This document shows positions 38,389 to 47,828 of a stretch of 64,000 nt of DNA, piece after piece. How positions within the stretch are numbered: position 1 is the stretch's first letter; every line of letters begins with the position of its first letter. Below the pieces are notes generated by a model. It was not told the DNA's origin. It saw nothing but the letters and a program-made list of their open reading frames with translations, and searched no databases. The DNA is taken from the NCBI GenBank assembly GCA_027008775.1, contig JALVDV010000010.1:32529-96528 (forward strand). Reading direction: 5' to 3'. The position numbers were made by a program, and so were the translations under genes. This DNA is from Candidatus Moraniibacteriota bacterium (GTDB taxonomy: Bacteria > Patescibacteriota > Minisyncoccia > Moranbacterales > DUUL01).

Positions 38389-39300
38389 ATGTTATCTTCT
38401 CTTTTTTTCGGAACAAATTATCCTTGGCTCACCATCCTCCTGTCATTAACCCTTTTGGCTGGGGTGACTTTCGCGCTTTTTCAAACCCTGCTCTATTATT
38501 TAACTCGCCATGATTTCCTTTTGTCCTGGCCCCAAAAAACGGTTCCGCCTTCTGCTAGAAGAGAACCGTGGTTAAAGAAATTGGCCAAAAATTTTCAAGC
38601 CGAGCGCGATCTGCTTTGGCCATTGCTTTGGCCGAAAGATGTTTTGAATTCTTTGTTGACCAGAGCCGGACAACCACAGAAACTGGCTGCCAAAGATATT
38701 TACGCATTGCAAAGACTATTGTTAATTTTGGTTATACCGGTGCTGGTGTTAATCCGATTGTTGTTTTCGCAAACAACTTTTTGGTTGATATGTTTGCCGA
38801 TTATCTTTATTCTCGCCTATTGGCCTATCTTTATTTTAAAGTTGCTGACAAAGAAACGTCGTCGGGATTTTCAATACAGCTTTAATTATTTTATAGATAC
38901 TGTTTATTTGCTGGTTAATGCCGGAATGAATTTTGAAAAGGCTCTATTCCTTTCCGCAAAGAAATTTCCCGGCGCTCTACAAGAAGAATTTTTAATAACG
39001 GAACAGGAATTTATTTACGGCTCTCCCTTGGACTTGGCCCTGGACAATCTCGGTCAACGAATGGATTTACCGGAAGTGAAAAAATTTATAACTGCTATTA
39101 AACAGTCAGCCAAGCTAGGTATTCCTTTGGAACGAGTCTTGGCTCTGCAAGCGGAAATAATTATGACCAATCGGTTGCAACGAGCGGAAGAGCTAAGCCG
39201 AACGGCCGCCATCAAAATTTCTTTTCCTTTGGTATTTTTTATTTTTCCGGCTTTGCTTATTCTTTATTTAGCGCCAGCTATTTTGCAATTTTTGCGATAA
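38389..39300 (+). CDS. tadC: Tad inner-membrane platform protein TadC
   Basis: AGMNFEKAL, QSAKLG.PL..VL..QA, KISFPLVFFIFPAL. Confidence 0.92.
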   Translation: MLSSLFFGTNYPWLTILLSLTLLAGVTFALFQTLLYYLTRHDFLLSWPQKTVPPSARREPWLKKLAKNFQAERDLLWPLLWPKDVLNSLLTRAGQPQKLAAKDIYALQRLLLILVIPVLVLIRLLFSQTTFWLICLPIIFILAYWPIFILKLLTKKRRRDFQYSFNYFIDTVYLLVNAGMNFEKALFLSAKKFPGALQEEFLITEQEFIYGSPLDLALDNLGQRMDLPEVKKFITAIKQSAKLGIPLERVLALQAEIIMTNRLQRAEELSRTAAIKISFPLVFFIFPALLILYLAPAILQFLR

Positions 39301-39342
39301 TTTGTTAAACTCTCTTAGAGATAACAAATAACATAAACACAA

Positions 39343-39912
39343 ATGGAAAAAACATTAAAAAATTTGGCTCTGGCCTTTTTGGGCGAGTCGCAAGCTAGAA
39401 ATCGTTATACTTTCTATGCTAAAATTGCCAAGAAAGAAGGTTATGAAAAAATTGCCGCTCTTTTTTCTTTGACAGCCGAACAAGAAAAAGAACATGCCAC
39501 TTGGCTGTTCCGAATGATTCAAGATTTGAAACAGTCCGAAAAAGTGGAGATAGAGGATAAACTTGAGGTGCCTGTAACAATGGGCAACACCAAAGAAAAT
39601 TTGCAAGCGGCTATTGATGGCGAAAACTACGAACACACCTCCATGTATCCGGAGTTCGCCCGAATAGCGGATGAGGAGGGTTTACCAGAAGTAGCTAAAA
39701 GGTTACGGGCAATTGCCGTGGCAGAGAGCAACCATGAGGAGCGTTACCAAAAGTTCTTACGGGAGTTGGAAGATGACACCATTTTTGAGGGCGATGAAGA
39801 AACGGAATGGGTTTGCCGAGAGTGTGGTTACGTCCATAAAGGAAAAACTCCGCCGGAAAAATGTCCTTCCTGTGATCATCCGAAATCGTACTATGAGAGA
39901 AAAGAATGCTAA
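39343..39912 (+). CDS. rbr: Rubrerythrin
   Basis: AFLGESQARNRY, EKEHA, GENYE, C-terminal CRECG..CPSC rubredoxin-like site. Confidence 0.96.
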   Translation: MEKTLKNLALAFLGESQARNRYTFYAKIAKKEGYEKIAALFSLTAEQEKEHATWLFRMIQDLKQSEKVEIEDKLEVPVTMGNTKENLQAAIDGENYEHTSMYPEFARIADEEGLPEVAKRLRAIAVAESNHEERYQKFLRELEDDTIFEGDEETEWVCRECGYVHKGKTPPEKCPSCDHPKSYYERKEC

Positions 39913-39942
39913 TTGATAACAATTTTTGATTTTCAAAACAAA

Positions 39943-40335
39943 ATGATAAAAGAAAAAAATCAGGTTTTTAAGTGCCGAATTTGTGGAAATATCGTGGAAG
40001 CTCTACACACCGGCCAAGGTGATTTGGTTTGTTGCGGTGAAGTTATGGAGGAAATAAAAGAAAATACTCAAGAAGGAGTGGCCCAAGAAAAGCATATTCC
40101 GGTGGTGAAAACAGATGGTGATGTGGCAATAATTAAAATTGGCGCCGAGCCTCATCCAATGACCGAGGAACATTATATTGAATGGGTGGAAATTATCGCT
40201 GAAGAAAAGGTGCACCGACATTGGTTAAAACCAGGGATGGAGCCGAAAGTTGCTCTAGTTTGCAAAGTGGACAAATTTGTCGTGCGCGCTTATTGCAATT
40301 TACACGGACTTTGGAGTACTACCGTGGAGAAGTAA
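39943..40335 (+). CDS. dfx: Desulfoferrodoxin / 2Fe superoxide reductase
   Basis: KCRICGN..LVCCGE centre I; EKHIP, HPMTEEHYIEW, YCNLHG centre II; ATG at 39943. Confidence 0.95.
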   Translation: MIKEKNQVFKCRICGNIVEALHTGQGDLVCCGEVMEEIKENTQEGVAQEKHIPVVKTDGDVAIIKIGAEPHPMTEEHYIEWVEIIAEEKVHRHWLKPGMEPKVALVCKVDKFVVRAYCNLHGLWSTTVEK

Positions 40336-40364
40336 GTGGAGCTGGAAAAATTTTTTAACTCCCA

Positions 40365-40401
40365 CACTTAAAATCACCCCCCGCTGGGGTGATTTTAAGT
40401 G
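40365..40401. terminator. Terminator hairpin after dfx
   Basis: CACTTAAAATCACCCC...GGGGTGATTTTAAGTG. Confidence 0.8.
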
Positions 40402-40476
40402 GCTTTGTTTTATATTCCCGACCAGAAATCTTACTTCACTTTGTTTGATTTGTTGGGATCGGCTTCAGTAATTATT

Positions 40477-41445
40477 CTATTTTTTTAATCCCGTCAGAAG
40501 TTCTTTTGCTTTCAAGTTACGCAACTCTTTCCTGATTTTTTCTCTTTCACTTAAATCCTGACTGAGAAAAAATCGCATACTCTTTTCTCTGACCTGACAT
40601 CTTTTTTCCAACGATTTTGGCTGGTTGACGTAATCCTCTTCACAATGTTTTTTGCTCTCCAGTCCTTGCAATATTTTCTCGGAATCCGGTCCGTAGTGCT
40701 TTTCTATTTCTTGCAAGTAAGATAAATCTCTGGCCAGATATCTTTCAGCAAGTCGTTTAAGGCCGTCATTTTTGTAAACATTGTTAAAAATGGTACTGGC
40801 CAAAAGCAACTCTTCGCCATAAGGACTTTGTTGGGCAAACTTTGTCAGATTAAGTTTCTTGTCGGTTGAAACAACTAAGTAAAGCAAGAGTTCATTGACT
40901 CCTTCGTTGAAGGCATCATTTAGAATTTTTCTTTCAACAAACTCCAAACCATTTTCACCCTTTTTAAATAAAATGGATGTCAAAGAAAAACCACTTTTAA
41001 TTCTTTCCCGAAAAAAACCATCACCCTCGTTTTGTTCAATATGAAAATCGGAGGTAGCCAAGGTGTGTAACATTTCCCGAATGAGCAGATTTATCAATTC
41101 TTCCTTGTTTTCCAAGTACCGCTCGGAGAGGTAAATAACATTCCGTAGGCGAGAAAAGTCTTGACCGGCAAGAGCGTCCGGAGCAACCACTTTAGCCTTT
41201 AATTGTTTAATTTTGGTTTTATCAAATGGCAAGCCCTGTTTAACAAAGAAATTTTCAATCAGTTGTTCAGCTCGTTTAAACTCTCTTTTTGCTTCCAGTT
41301 GAAATTTTTCATTCTCTTTCTTGTTTATCTCTTCTTGCTTGCGTCTGTAATAATCACTGATAAGTCGAGAAGCTCTTTCAAGAGACTGAAACTCTTTATT
41401 TCTTGGTCGTAAAGGTTTAACACTGGAGTCAGCGCTATTCTTCAT
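40477..41445 (-). CDS. Hypothetical zincin-like protein with degenerate HExxH
   Basis: LIREMLHTL plus downstream FNEGVNELL; likely start MKNSAD at 41445, overlapping the ftsH stop. Confidence 0.7.
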   Translation of the reverse strand: MKNSADSSVKPLRPRNKEFQSLERASRLISDYYRRKQEEINKKENEKFQLEAKREFKRAEQLIENFFVKQGLPFDKTKIKQLKAKVVAPDALAGQDFSRLRNVIYLSERYLENKEELINLLIREMLHTLATSDFHIEQNEGDGFFRERIKSGFSLTSILFKKGENGLEFVERKILNDAFNEGVNELLLYLVVSTDKKLNLTKFAQQSPYGEELLLASTIFNNVYKNDGLKRLAERYLARDLSYLQEIEKHYGPDSEKILQGLESKKHCEEDYVNQPKSLEKRCQVREKSMRFFLSQDLSEREKIRKELRNLKAKELLTGLKK

Positions 41446-43393
41446 TTTTTTGTTTGGAATTTGTTTGATTGTCAGAATCTCCCTTTGGATCGTCCTTTGC
41501 CGTTTCTTCTTCACTTGTCTTCTCTCCCTTTGTTTCTTCTTCGGTTGTTTTTTCTTCCTTGTGAATGCCGACAATTTCCTCAAATCTTTCCTTTTCAATA
41601 GTTTCCTTTTTCAGCAATTCGCGAGCAATTTTTTCCAAAGTATCGGCTTTTTCCGTCAGAATTTTTTCAGCCAAATGATAGGCTTTTTTAATAAACTCGG
41701 CCACCGCTTCATCAATTTTTTTAGCCACCTCTTCGGAATAAGTTCTCTGTTCATGTAGGTCTCTGCCCAGAAAAACCTCGTTTTGATCTTTGCCAAAAGT
41801 CATTGGTCCCAGTTTGCTCATACCGTAGCGAGTAACCAATTTGCGAGCGGTCAAAGTCGCTCTTTCCAAATCGTTGGAGGCGCCGGTGGTAACCTCTCCA
41901 AAGATCTTCTTTTCGGCGACATAGCCGGCCAAAAGTACAGCCATCTCTTCAATGTAATAAGATTTGAAGTGCAAGGACTCGTCTTTTTCGGGAACATTGA
42001 GTGTGTAGCCGGCCGCTCGTCCGCGGGAAACAATAGAAACTTTGTGAACAGGGTCGGCCTTGGGTAGAACTGTTGCCACCAAGGCGTGACCGGCCTCGTG
42101 GTAAGCGGTTATTTTTTTCTCCTGAGGAGAAAGAATATGGCTTTTTCTCTCCGCTCCCAATAAAACTCTCTCTATTGATTCTCGGATTTCATCCATACCA
42201 ATACTTTTCTTGTTTCGTCGGGCGGCTAAAATAGCGGCTTCGTTAATCAAGTTGGCCAAATCGGCTCCGGAAAAACCGGGGGTTCTTTCGGCGATTTGTC
42301 GTAAATTAACATTAGGCTCCAAGGGTTTGTTTTGGGCGTGGATTTTGAGGATAGCCTCTCTTTCTTTGATGTCAGGATTATCAATAGTTACTCGCCGGTC
42401 AAAGCGTCCGGGACGGAGCAGGGCCGGATCAAGAACGTCGGGACGATTGGTGGCGGCGATAACAATAACATTGTCTTTGGTGTCAAACCCATCCATTTCA
42501 ACCAAGATTTGATTGAGAGTTTGTTCTCGTTCGTCGTGTCCTCCGCCCAAACCGGCACCTCTTTGTCGTCCGACAGCGTCTATTTCGTCAATGAAAACAA
42601 TGGAGGGCGCATGTTTCTTGGCCTGTTTAAACAAATCTCTCACTCGGGAAGCGCCTACACCGACAAACATTTCCACAAACTCTGAACCGGAAATGGTGAA
42701 AAACGGCACATTGGCTTCGCCGGCCACAGCTTTGGCCATTAAAGTTTTACCGGTACCGGGAGACCCAAGTAAAAGCACTCCTTTGGGAATTTTGGCTCCC
42801 AGAGAAAGAAATTTCTTGGGAGTTTTTAGAAACTCCACAATTTCTTGCAATTCTTCTTTGGCTTCTTGGGCGCCACCAACATCTTTGAAAGTAATGCGAC
42901 GCTTTCCATCTTTGGTGGGAATCAACATTCTGGCGCGACTACTACCAAACATCATTGCTTGACTGTTTCCCTGCTGGGCTTTTTTCATCAAAAACCAGAC
43001 AAAAAATCCTATCAGAAGGAACGGGAATAAAACAGAAAGCAATCCGCTTGTCCAAAAATCGGAAGTGGTGGTATCAACCACGTTTATTTGCACTTCCTTG
43101 AGTTTGTCTTTGTTGACGCCAACGTTGTTAAGTGATTCGGAAAGAGAGGTTTCTATTTCTTTGCGAGAAATTTGTTTTTTGCCGTTTTTTAACTCTATCT
43201 TGACCTTATTTCTTTCAACTTTGACTGATTTCACTTCGCCCCGATTTATCTCTTGAGCCAACTGAGAAAGACCGATTTTTTCCGGTCTTTTAACATCTGT
43301 TTGATATAGAGAAACTATGCTGGCAATCAGCAAAACCCCCAGAACAACGGAAATAATATTTTTGAAACTAAATCTGATATTTCTAAAATTCAT
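41435..43393 (-). CDS. ftsH: ATP-dependent zinc metalloprotease FtsH
   Basis: 2 [36 protein letters not shown]. Confidence 0.99.
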   Translation of the reverse strand: MNFRNIRFSFKNIISVVLGVLLIASIVSLYQTDVKRPEKIGLSQLAQEINRGEVKSVKVERNKVKIELKNGKKQISRKEIETSLSESLNNVGVNKDKLKEVQINVVDTTTSDFWTSGLLSVLFPFLLIGFFVWFLMKKAQQGNSQAMMFGSSRARMLIPTKDGKRRITFKDVGGAQEAKEELQEIVEFLKTPKKFLSLGAKIPKGVLLLGSPGTGKTLMAKAVAGEANVPFFTISGSEFVEMFVGVGASRVRDLFKQAKKHAPSIVFIDEIDAVGRQRGAGLGGGHDEREQTLNQILVEMDGFDTKDNVIVIAATNRPDVLDPALLRPGRFDRRVTIDNPDIKEREAILKIHAQNKPLEPNVNLRQIAERTPGFSGADLANLINEAAILAARRNKKSIGMDEIRESIERVLLGAERKSHILSPQEKKITAYHEAGHALVATVLPKADPVHKVSIVSRGRAAGYTLNVPEKDESLHFKSYYIEEMAVLLAGYVAEKKIFGEVTTGASNDLERATLTARKLVTRYGMSKLGPMTFGKDQNEVFLGRDLHEQRTYSEEVAKKIDEAVAEFIKKAYHLAEKILTEKADTLEKIARELLKKETIEKERFEEIVGIHKEEKTTEEETKGEKTSEEETAKDDPKGDSDNQTNSKQKNEE

Positions 43394-43440
43394 ATCTTTT
43401 AAATAATAATTTTCAACGCCCCTTTATACTGACATCTAGC

Positions 43441-44445
43441 CTAGGCTTTGTCAACCAGGCTAAAAATCGCTTGATTACCTTTTTTGACAATCTTGATTTG
43501 TTTAAAAAGCATTTCCGGATTTTTGCCCTTGCGACTGTTGACCAGCTTCTTAAACTCCCGGAAATGACCGTAATCAATATCTAACAAATCTCCACGCAAG
43601 CTGGTAATGATTTGGCGAAAAATTTCCGCTTGCAGACTTTTTGGCAAGGATAAGAATTTGTTCAGAGTGAGAATCGTCTTGTTTTTATCGGATGCATTAA
43701 CAACTGCGGGAAATTTTTCGGTAGCCAAACCCTCCAATAAACAATAACAGTCCGCCAATTGTTGGGAAGTTTGTCCGATTTTTTGGTTAAAATTCAAACT
43801 GTACTCTTTCTGCAATAGAGGAATCAGTTCATTTCTGATTTTGTTGCGAAACAAATCGTTATTTTGATTACTGGAATCCTCTCGCCATTTTTCACCCTGC
43901 TTGCGCAAAAAATTTTGCAATTCTTTTTTGGAAAAACGGAGCAGAGGGCGGATAATCTTTCTGGTTTCGTCTTTGAGTTTCATACCGGCCAATCCCTTGA
44001 GACCGGCGCCGCGAAACAGATTAAGAAGAAAGGTTTCAGCTTGGTCATCACGCTGGTGGCCAACGGCCAGCCAGTTAAATTTTTTGGCTTGCCTGATTTT
44101 TGCAAAGGCTTGGTAACGAAAATTTCTCAACTCTTTCTCCAGGTTGCCTCGCCTTGACTTTGAATTGACGGGCTGGTAATGAATAACTTCCAACGGCAGA
44201 GAATTTTTCCGAGCGAACTCCTTAACAAAAATTTCATCCTCTTCAGATTCCTGTCCGCGTAAGTGGTAATTTATATGAACCAGGTGTAGATTAAGCCGGT
44301 AAGATTTCTGCAAAGATAGAAGCAAGGTGGTCAGAGCGACAGAATCCGCTCCGCCGGAAATGCCAACAATAATCTTATCGGAAGGAACAATCAGTTTTTC
44401 TTGAAAAACCAGGTTTTTAAATTTTTTAATCAACTTGTTTGTCAT
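43441..44445 (-). CDS. tilS: tRNA(Ile)-lysidine synthetase
   Basis: SGGADS, HINYHLR, GHQRDDQAET, IIRPLL, EDSSN, RNKIR; start moved to MTNKL. Confidence 0.96.
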   Translation of the reverse strand: MTNKLIKKFKNLVFQEKLIVPSDKIIVGISGGADSVALTTLLLSLQKSYRLNLHLVHINYHLRGQESEEDEIFVKEFARKNSLPLEVIHYQPVNSKSRRGNLEKELRNFRYQAFAKIRQAKKFNWLAVGHQRDDQAETFLLNLFRGAGLKGLAGMKLKDETRKIIRPLLRFSKKELQNFLRKQGEKWREDSSNQNNDLFRNKIRNELIPLLQKEYSLNFNQKIGQTSQQLADCYCLLEGLATEKFPAVVNASDKNKTILTLNKFLSLPKSLQAEIFRQIITSLRGDLLDIDYGHFREFKKLVNSRKGKNPEMLFKQIKIVKKGNQAIFSLVDKA

Positions 44446-45022
44446 TGTTTTTTTGACCGGCCAAATGTTCTTTGATGATTTGAGCCACCCTTTGAACGGT
44501 CTCTGCCAGTTTGCCACGGCGATTAACAACTTGAAAGTCATAAATATCTTTGTGTTTCAGCCATTCTTTGGTGTAATTCATCCTTTCCCGAATATATTTT
44601 TCATCAGTTTCTCCTCTTTCCCTGATGCGACGTTCCAATTCTTCAAGACTCTCCGCCAAAAGAAGGATGGCGATTATTTCCGGAAATTTCTTCTTGGCTG
44701 TCATCACTCCTTTGTATTCCATTTTCCAGATACCGACGCCCGGCAGGTTGTTTACTCTTTCCAACTCTTCCCGGCTGACACCGTAGTAGTTGTTGTTGTA
44801 TTCTCGCGCCCATTCCACGAACTTGTTTTGACGAATACCACGTTGAAACTCATCCTTACTGATAAAATAGTAAGGTTGGCCTTGTTTTTCGCCGGGCCGC
44901 GGGGAACGAGTGGTGGTTGTAATCACTCGGTTTATCGGCATTTGTTGGCTGAGTTTTTCAATAACCGAATCTTCTCCCACACCGGACGGTCCGGAAATGA
45001 TAAAAATATTCTTTAACTTCAT
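44426..45022 (-). CDS. gmk: Guanylate kinase
   Basis: ISGPSGVGE, TTTRSPRPGE..G..YYF, NYYG. Confidence 0.92.
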   Translation of the reverse strand: MKLKNIFIISGPSGVGEDSVIEKLSQQMPINRVITTTTRSPRPGEKQGQPYYFISKDEFQRGIRQNKFVEWAREYNNNYYGVSREELERVNNLPGVGIWKMEYKGVMTAKKKFPEIIAILLLAESLEELERRIRERGETDEKYIRERMNYTKEWLKHKDIYDFQVVNRRGKLAETVQRVAQIIKEHLAGQKNNDKQVD

Positions 45023-45036
45023 TGAACTAAGGTGGG

Positions 45037-45088
45037 GACTTCCGAATATTGACAGCTAAAATTGTTAAGCGAAAAACATTCGGATGTC
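45037..45088. repeat. REP-like imperfect palindrome between rpsA and gmk
   Basis: GACTTCCGAATATT...AACATTCGGATGTC. Confidence 0.4.
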
Positions 45089-45190
45089 TAATTTATTAAT
45101 CAATAAATTATTTTTACTTTATAGTTCTTTGAAGAAAACGGGCTTACCACAAAGAACCAGATTTGTATTTATTTTTAAAGAGTGAAAACT

Positions 45191-46597
45191 TTATTTTGCT
45201 TTTTCGGTTGTTTTGCTTTTCTCGGTTTTTGCTTCTTTCTTGGATTTTGCTTTCCGGCCGGTTGCTTTCTTCTCTTCTTTTTTCTCTCCTTTCTGCCCCT
45301 CATCTTTTCCTTTGTCTTTTGCGCTTGGTTTTGCTTTTGCTTTTTCCTCTTCTTTGCTTTCAGCACCCTTTTTGTCTGCAGTTGATTTTTCCTCCGGTTG
45401 AGCAGACTTTTTTTCTTCGCTTTCTTGAGGGCTTGATACTTTTTTCTTCTTGTCTATTTCGCCGACGAATTTTAACCCCATACGGTGAGCGTTTGGCTCC
45501 AAAGACATCACTTTCCAGATATATTTTTTGTCAATTTCCACAATTTCGTCTATGCCTTTTTTGGGGTAACCGGGAAAACCACTGACATGCGCCAAACCGT
45601 GAATATCATCATCTAAATAAACAAAGGCGCCAAAGTGATTGATTTTATCAACTCTTCCTTCGTACTCTCCGCCAACCTTATATTTCTTTTCCACCGACAT
45701 CCAAGGATCATTTTTTAAGTCTCTGATAGAAAGGGAGATTCTGGTGCCGTCAATGGAAATTATTTTGGCTTTCACCCTATCACCAACCTTGACCACGTCG
45801 CGCGGATTGTCAATCAATTGCCAATCCAATTGAGAAATATGAACCAGTCCCTCCAATTCATCTTCTTCCGAGCCGGTTTTCTGTTTGGAAGGAGGCAAGA
45901 ATTTAATAAAGGCGCCAAAGTCAACCACACCACTAATTTCACCTTCCACAATATCGCCAACTTTGAATTCGGAAATCAGTTCCTTCTCTTTGTCTTTGTA
46001 GGCTTCTTTCTCCGAAACGATTAGTTTATCCTCTTCTTCGTCGGCCACCAGGATGCAGACGTTCATTTCCGTGTCAACGTAAGACTTTAAAATTTCCAAA
46101 ATTTTGTTTTTGTCTCCATCTTCTACACGCGGATAATGTTCGGAGGTTAATTGACTGACGGGCATAAAACCGCGAATTCCGTTTATTTCCACCATTAGTC
46201 CACCCTTGTTGGCGTCCAATATTCTTACCTTGATAACTTCTTTATTTTCTTGTTTTTCTCTCAAGTCTTTCCAGGCCTCCTCTTTAACAGCTTCGGCAAT
46301 GGAAAGTTCAACATAGCCTTCTTCGTTTTCCGGCAAAACAACGGCGGCGGTGATTTTGTCACCGATACCCAACTTCCTTTGTTGTAAACCAAAACCTTCT
46401 TTGATTTCCTTGCCGTAAATTATGCCGGCGCCAAAATTGCCCAAATCAACATAGGCAGCGTGACTGGTGATATCAACGATGGTTCCTTCTACCTTATCAC
46501 CCTCTTTCAAAGGACGCACCGGCTCTTCTTTTAAAAGGTTAGCCAGTTCCGATTCTTTGGTTTTAACTGATTTTTTCGTTTTCTCTTGAACGGTCAT
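45191..46597 (-). CDS. rpsA: 30S ribosomal protein S1 (short form, K/E-rich tail)
   Basis: Repeated S1 domains (ANKGGL..IRGFMPVSQL; FGAF..GLVHISQL; FGAFV..GLAHVS). Confidence 0.92.
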   Translation of the reverse strand: MTVQEKTKKSVKTKESELANLLKEEPVRPLKEGDKVEGTIVDITSHAAYVDLGNFGAGIIYGKEIKEGFGLQQRKLGIGDKITAAVVLPENEEGYVELSIAEAVKEEAWKDLREKQENKEVIKVRILDANKGGLMVEINGIRGFMPVSQLTSEHYPRVEDGDKNKILEILKSYVDTEMNVCILVADEEEDKLIVSEKEAYKDKEKELISEFKVGDIVEGEISGVVDFGAFIKFLPPSKQKTGSEEDELEGLVHISQLDWQLIDNPRDVVKVGDRVKAKIISIDGTRISLSIRDLKNDPWMSVEKKYKVGGEYEGRVDKINHFGAFVYLDDDIHGLAHVSGFPGYPKKGIDEIVEIDKKYIWKVMSLEPNAHRMGLKFVGEIDKKKKVSSPQESEEKKSAQPEEKSTADKKGAESKEEEKAKAKPSAKDKGKDEGQKGEKKEEKKATGRKAKSKKEAKTEKSKTTEKAK

Positions 46598-46701
46598 ATT
46601 AGATTGTTATTTTGCAAATATTAAAAATGCGTACAGACCATACGCGTTTAAAAAAATATTCGCAATGGTTAATTATTAGATTGTGTTTTTAACACAGGGA
46701 A

Positions 46702-46730
46702 ATTATATATTTTTTGGAAACAAAAGTCAA
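46702..46730 (-). promoter_or_regulatory. Promoter of rpsA
   Basis: TTGACT-17 bp-TATAAT. Confidence 0.7.
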
Positions 46731-46821
46731 GGTCAAATCTGTTAGAGTAATTGAGGTGTGCCAACAAGAAAGAATCGCAAATGACTAACCTTTGCCTTTG
46801 CGAAAATTGAAACTGCGAATG

Positions 46822-47424
46822 CTAATGATTCACCCTTTTCTCTGGCAAGGACGCTATATTGTCCGGTAGAAATTTCGGAATGACTTTTTTTCTTCTCAAA
46901 TCTTTCAGTTTGTATACTATAACATCAGCTATTTCTTCTGCCAGTTTGTGAATAAATTTTTTGTATTTTTCTTTTTCCAATTTGGCATCGGGCATATCTC
47001 CGGCTTGAATAACAAAATCGGCTTTGGCGTGACTTTTGTGAGGGTTGATGGTGACGTCCAAAGAGACAACGATTTTACCTTCACCAGTTTCTACTATTAA
47101 AATTCCGTCAACTCCATGGAAGTAATCAAGAGGCGTATATAAACTGGAATAATAGCCAACTTTATCAAAGTCAACCAGACTGTTCAAAACACCTTTTTTA
47201 TGTAGGGCTTCCACTACAGAAGCATGTAAATCGGAGGCAATTGGTTTATCGGGATTGTAGGGATTGGAAACATGACAATCCATGGCCAATCGCAATGCTT
47301 TTTTGTAGGGTAAATATCCTCTTCTTTTAAACTCTGCAAATAAAGGGTGCTCTTTTATTTTTTCGGGATCCGGTTGGGAGAAAAACATCTTCTCCACTAA
47401 ACCGCCGGTTGGTCCGAAAGACAT
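46822..47424 (-). CDS. Hypothetical protein, possible PD-(D/E)xK-like fold
   Basis: 200-aa ORF; TPLDYFHGVDGILIV...VVSLDVT pattern. Confidence 0.65.
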   Translation of the reverse strand: MSFGPTGGLVEKMFFSQPDPEKIKEHPLFAEFKRRGYLPYKKALRLAMDCHVSNPYNPDKPIASDLHASVVEALHKKGVLNSLVDFDKVGYYSSLYTPLDYFHGVDGILIVETGEGKIVVSLDVTINPHKSHAKADFVIQAGDMPDAKLEKEKYKKFIHKLAEEIADVIVYKLKDLRRKKVIPKFLPDNIASLPEKRVNH

Positions 47425-47534
47425 ACTTGGTAGATTAAATATTTATGAATAAACTATAAGGATTTATTTCAGTAATTTTCTCGGGCTAGAAATTTTATTT
47501 AACTTATTTAGGACCCTGCTAAATCTTTTGTCCA

Positions 47535-47668
47535 TTAAGCTTTCCGGGTGTTATTTTCTACCTGATGTTTTGACACTTAATTGATTAAAGAAGGAGCCAA
47601 ACACATGTCCGAAAACAACATCCGGAAAGCTTGACTGAATATCAGAAAGGAAAAACTGTAGATGAGTT
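47535..47668. mobile_element. MITE-like element, copy 2 (core plus right end)
   Basis: AAGCTTTCCGGGTGTTATTTTC / GAAAACAACATCCGGAAAGCTT; right flank matches the reverse complement of the copy 1 left flank. Confidence 0.65.
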
Positions 47669-47828
47669 TATTAGCATTTCCATAATAGGCGACTGCAAAG
47701 AAAATGTAAACACTTGATTATTTAAGTGAACTGTTTGTCAATTATTTTTGCAAAATAAAAGACCGCCGGCATTGGTTGTTTTACAAAAAATCTCGGCATA
47801 ATATTGAGGGCAAATTTATTTTTGACTT

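Noticed and set aside
41446-41598. Long overlap of the 373-aa ORF with ftsH as dual coding
   Set aside because: The extension is an alternate-frame read of the purine-rich FtsH tail; an ATG at 41445 gives a normal short overlap.
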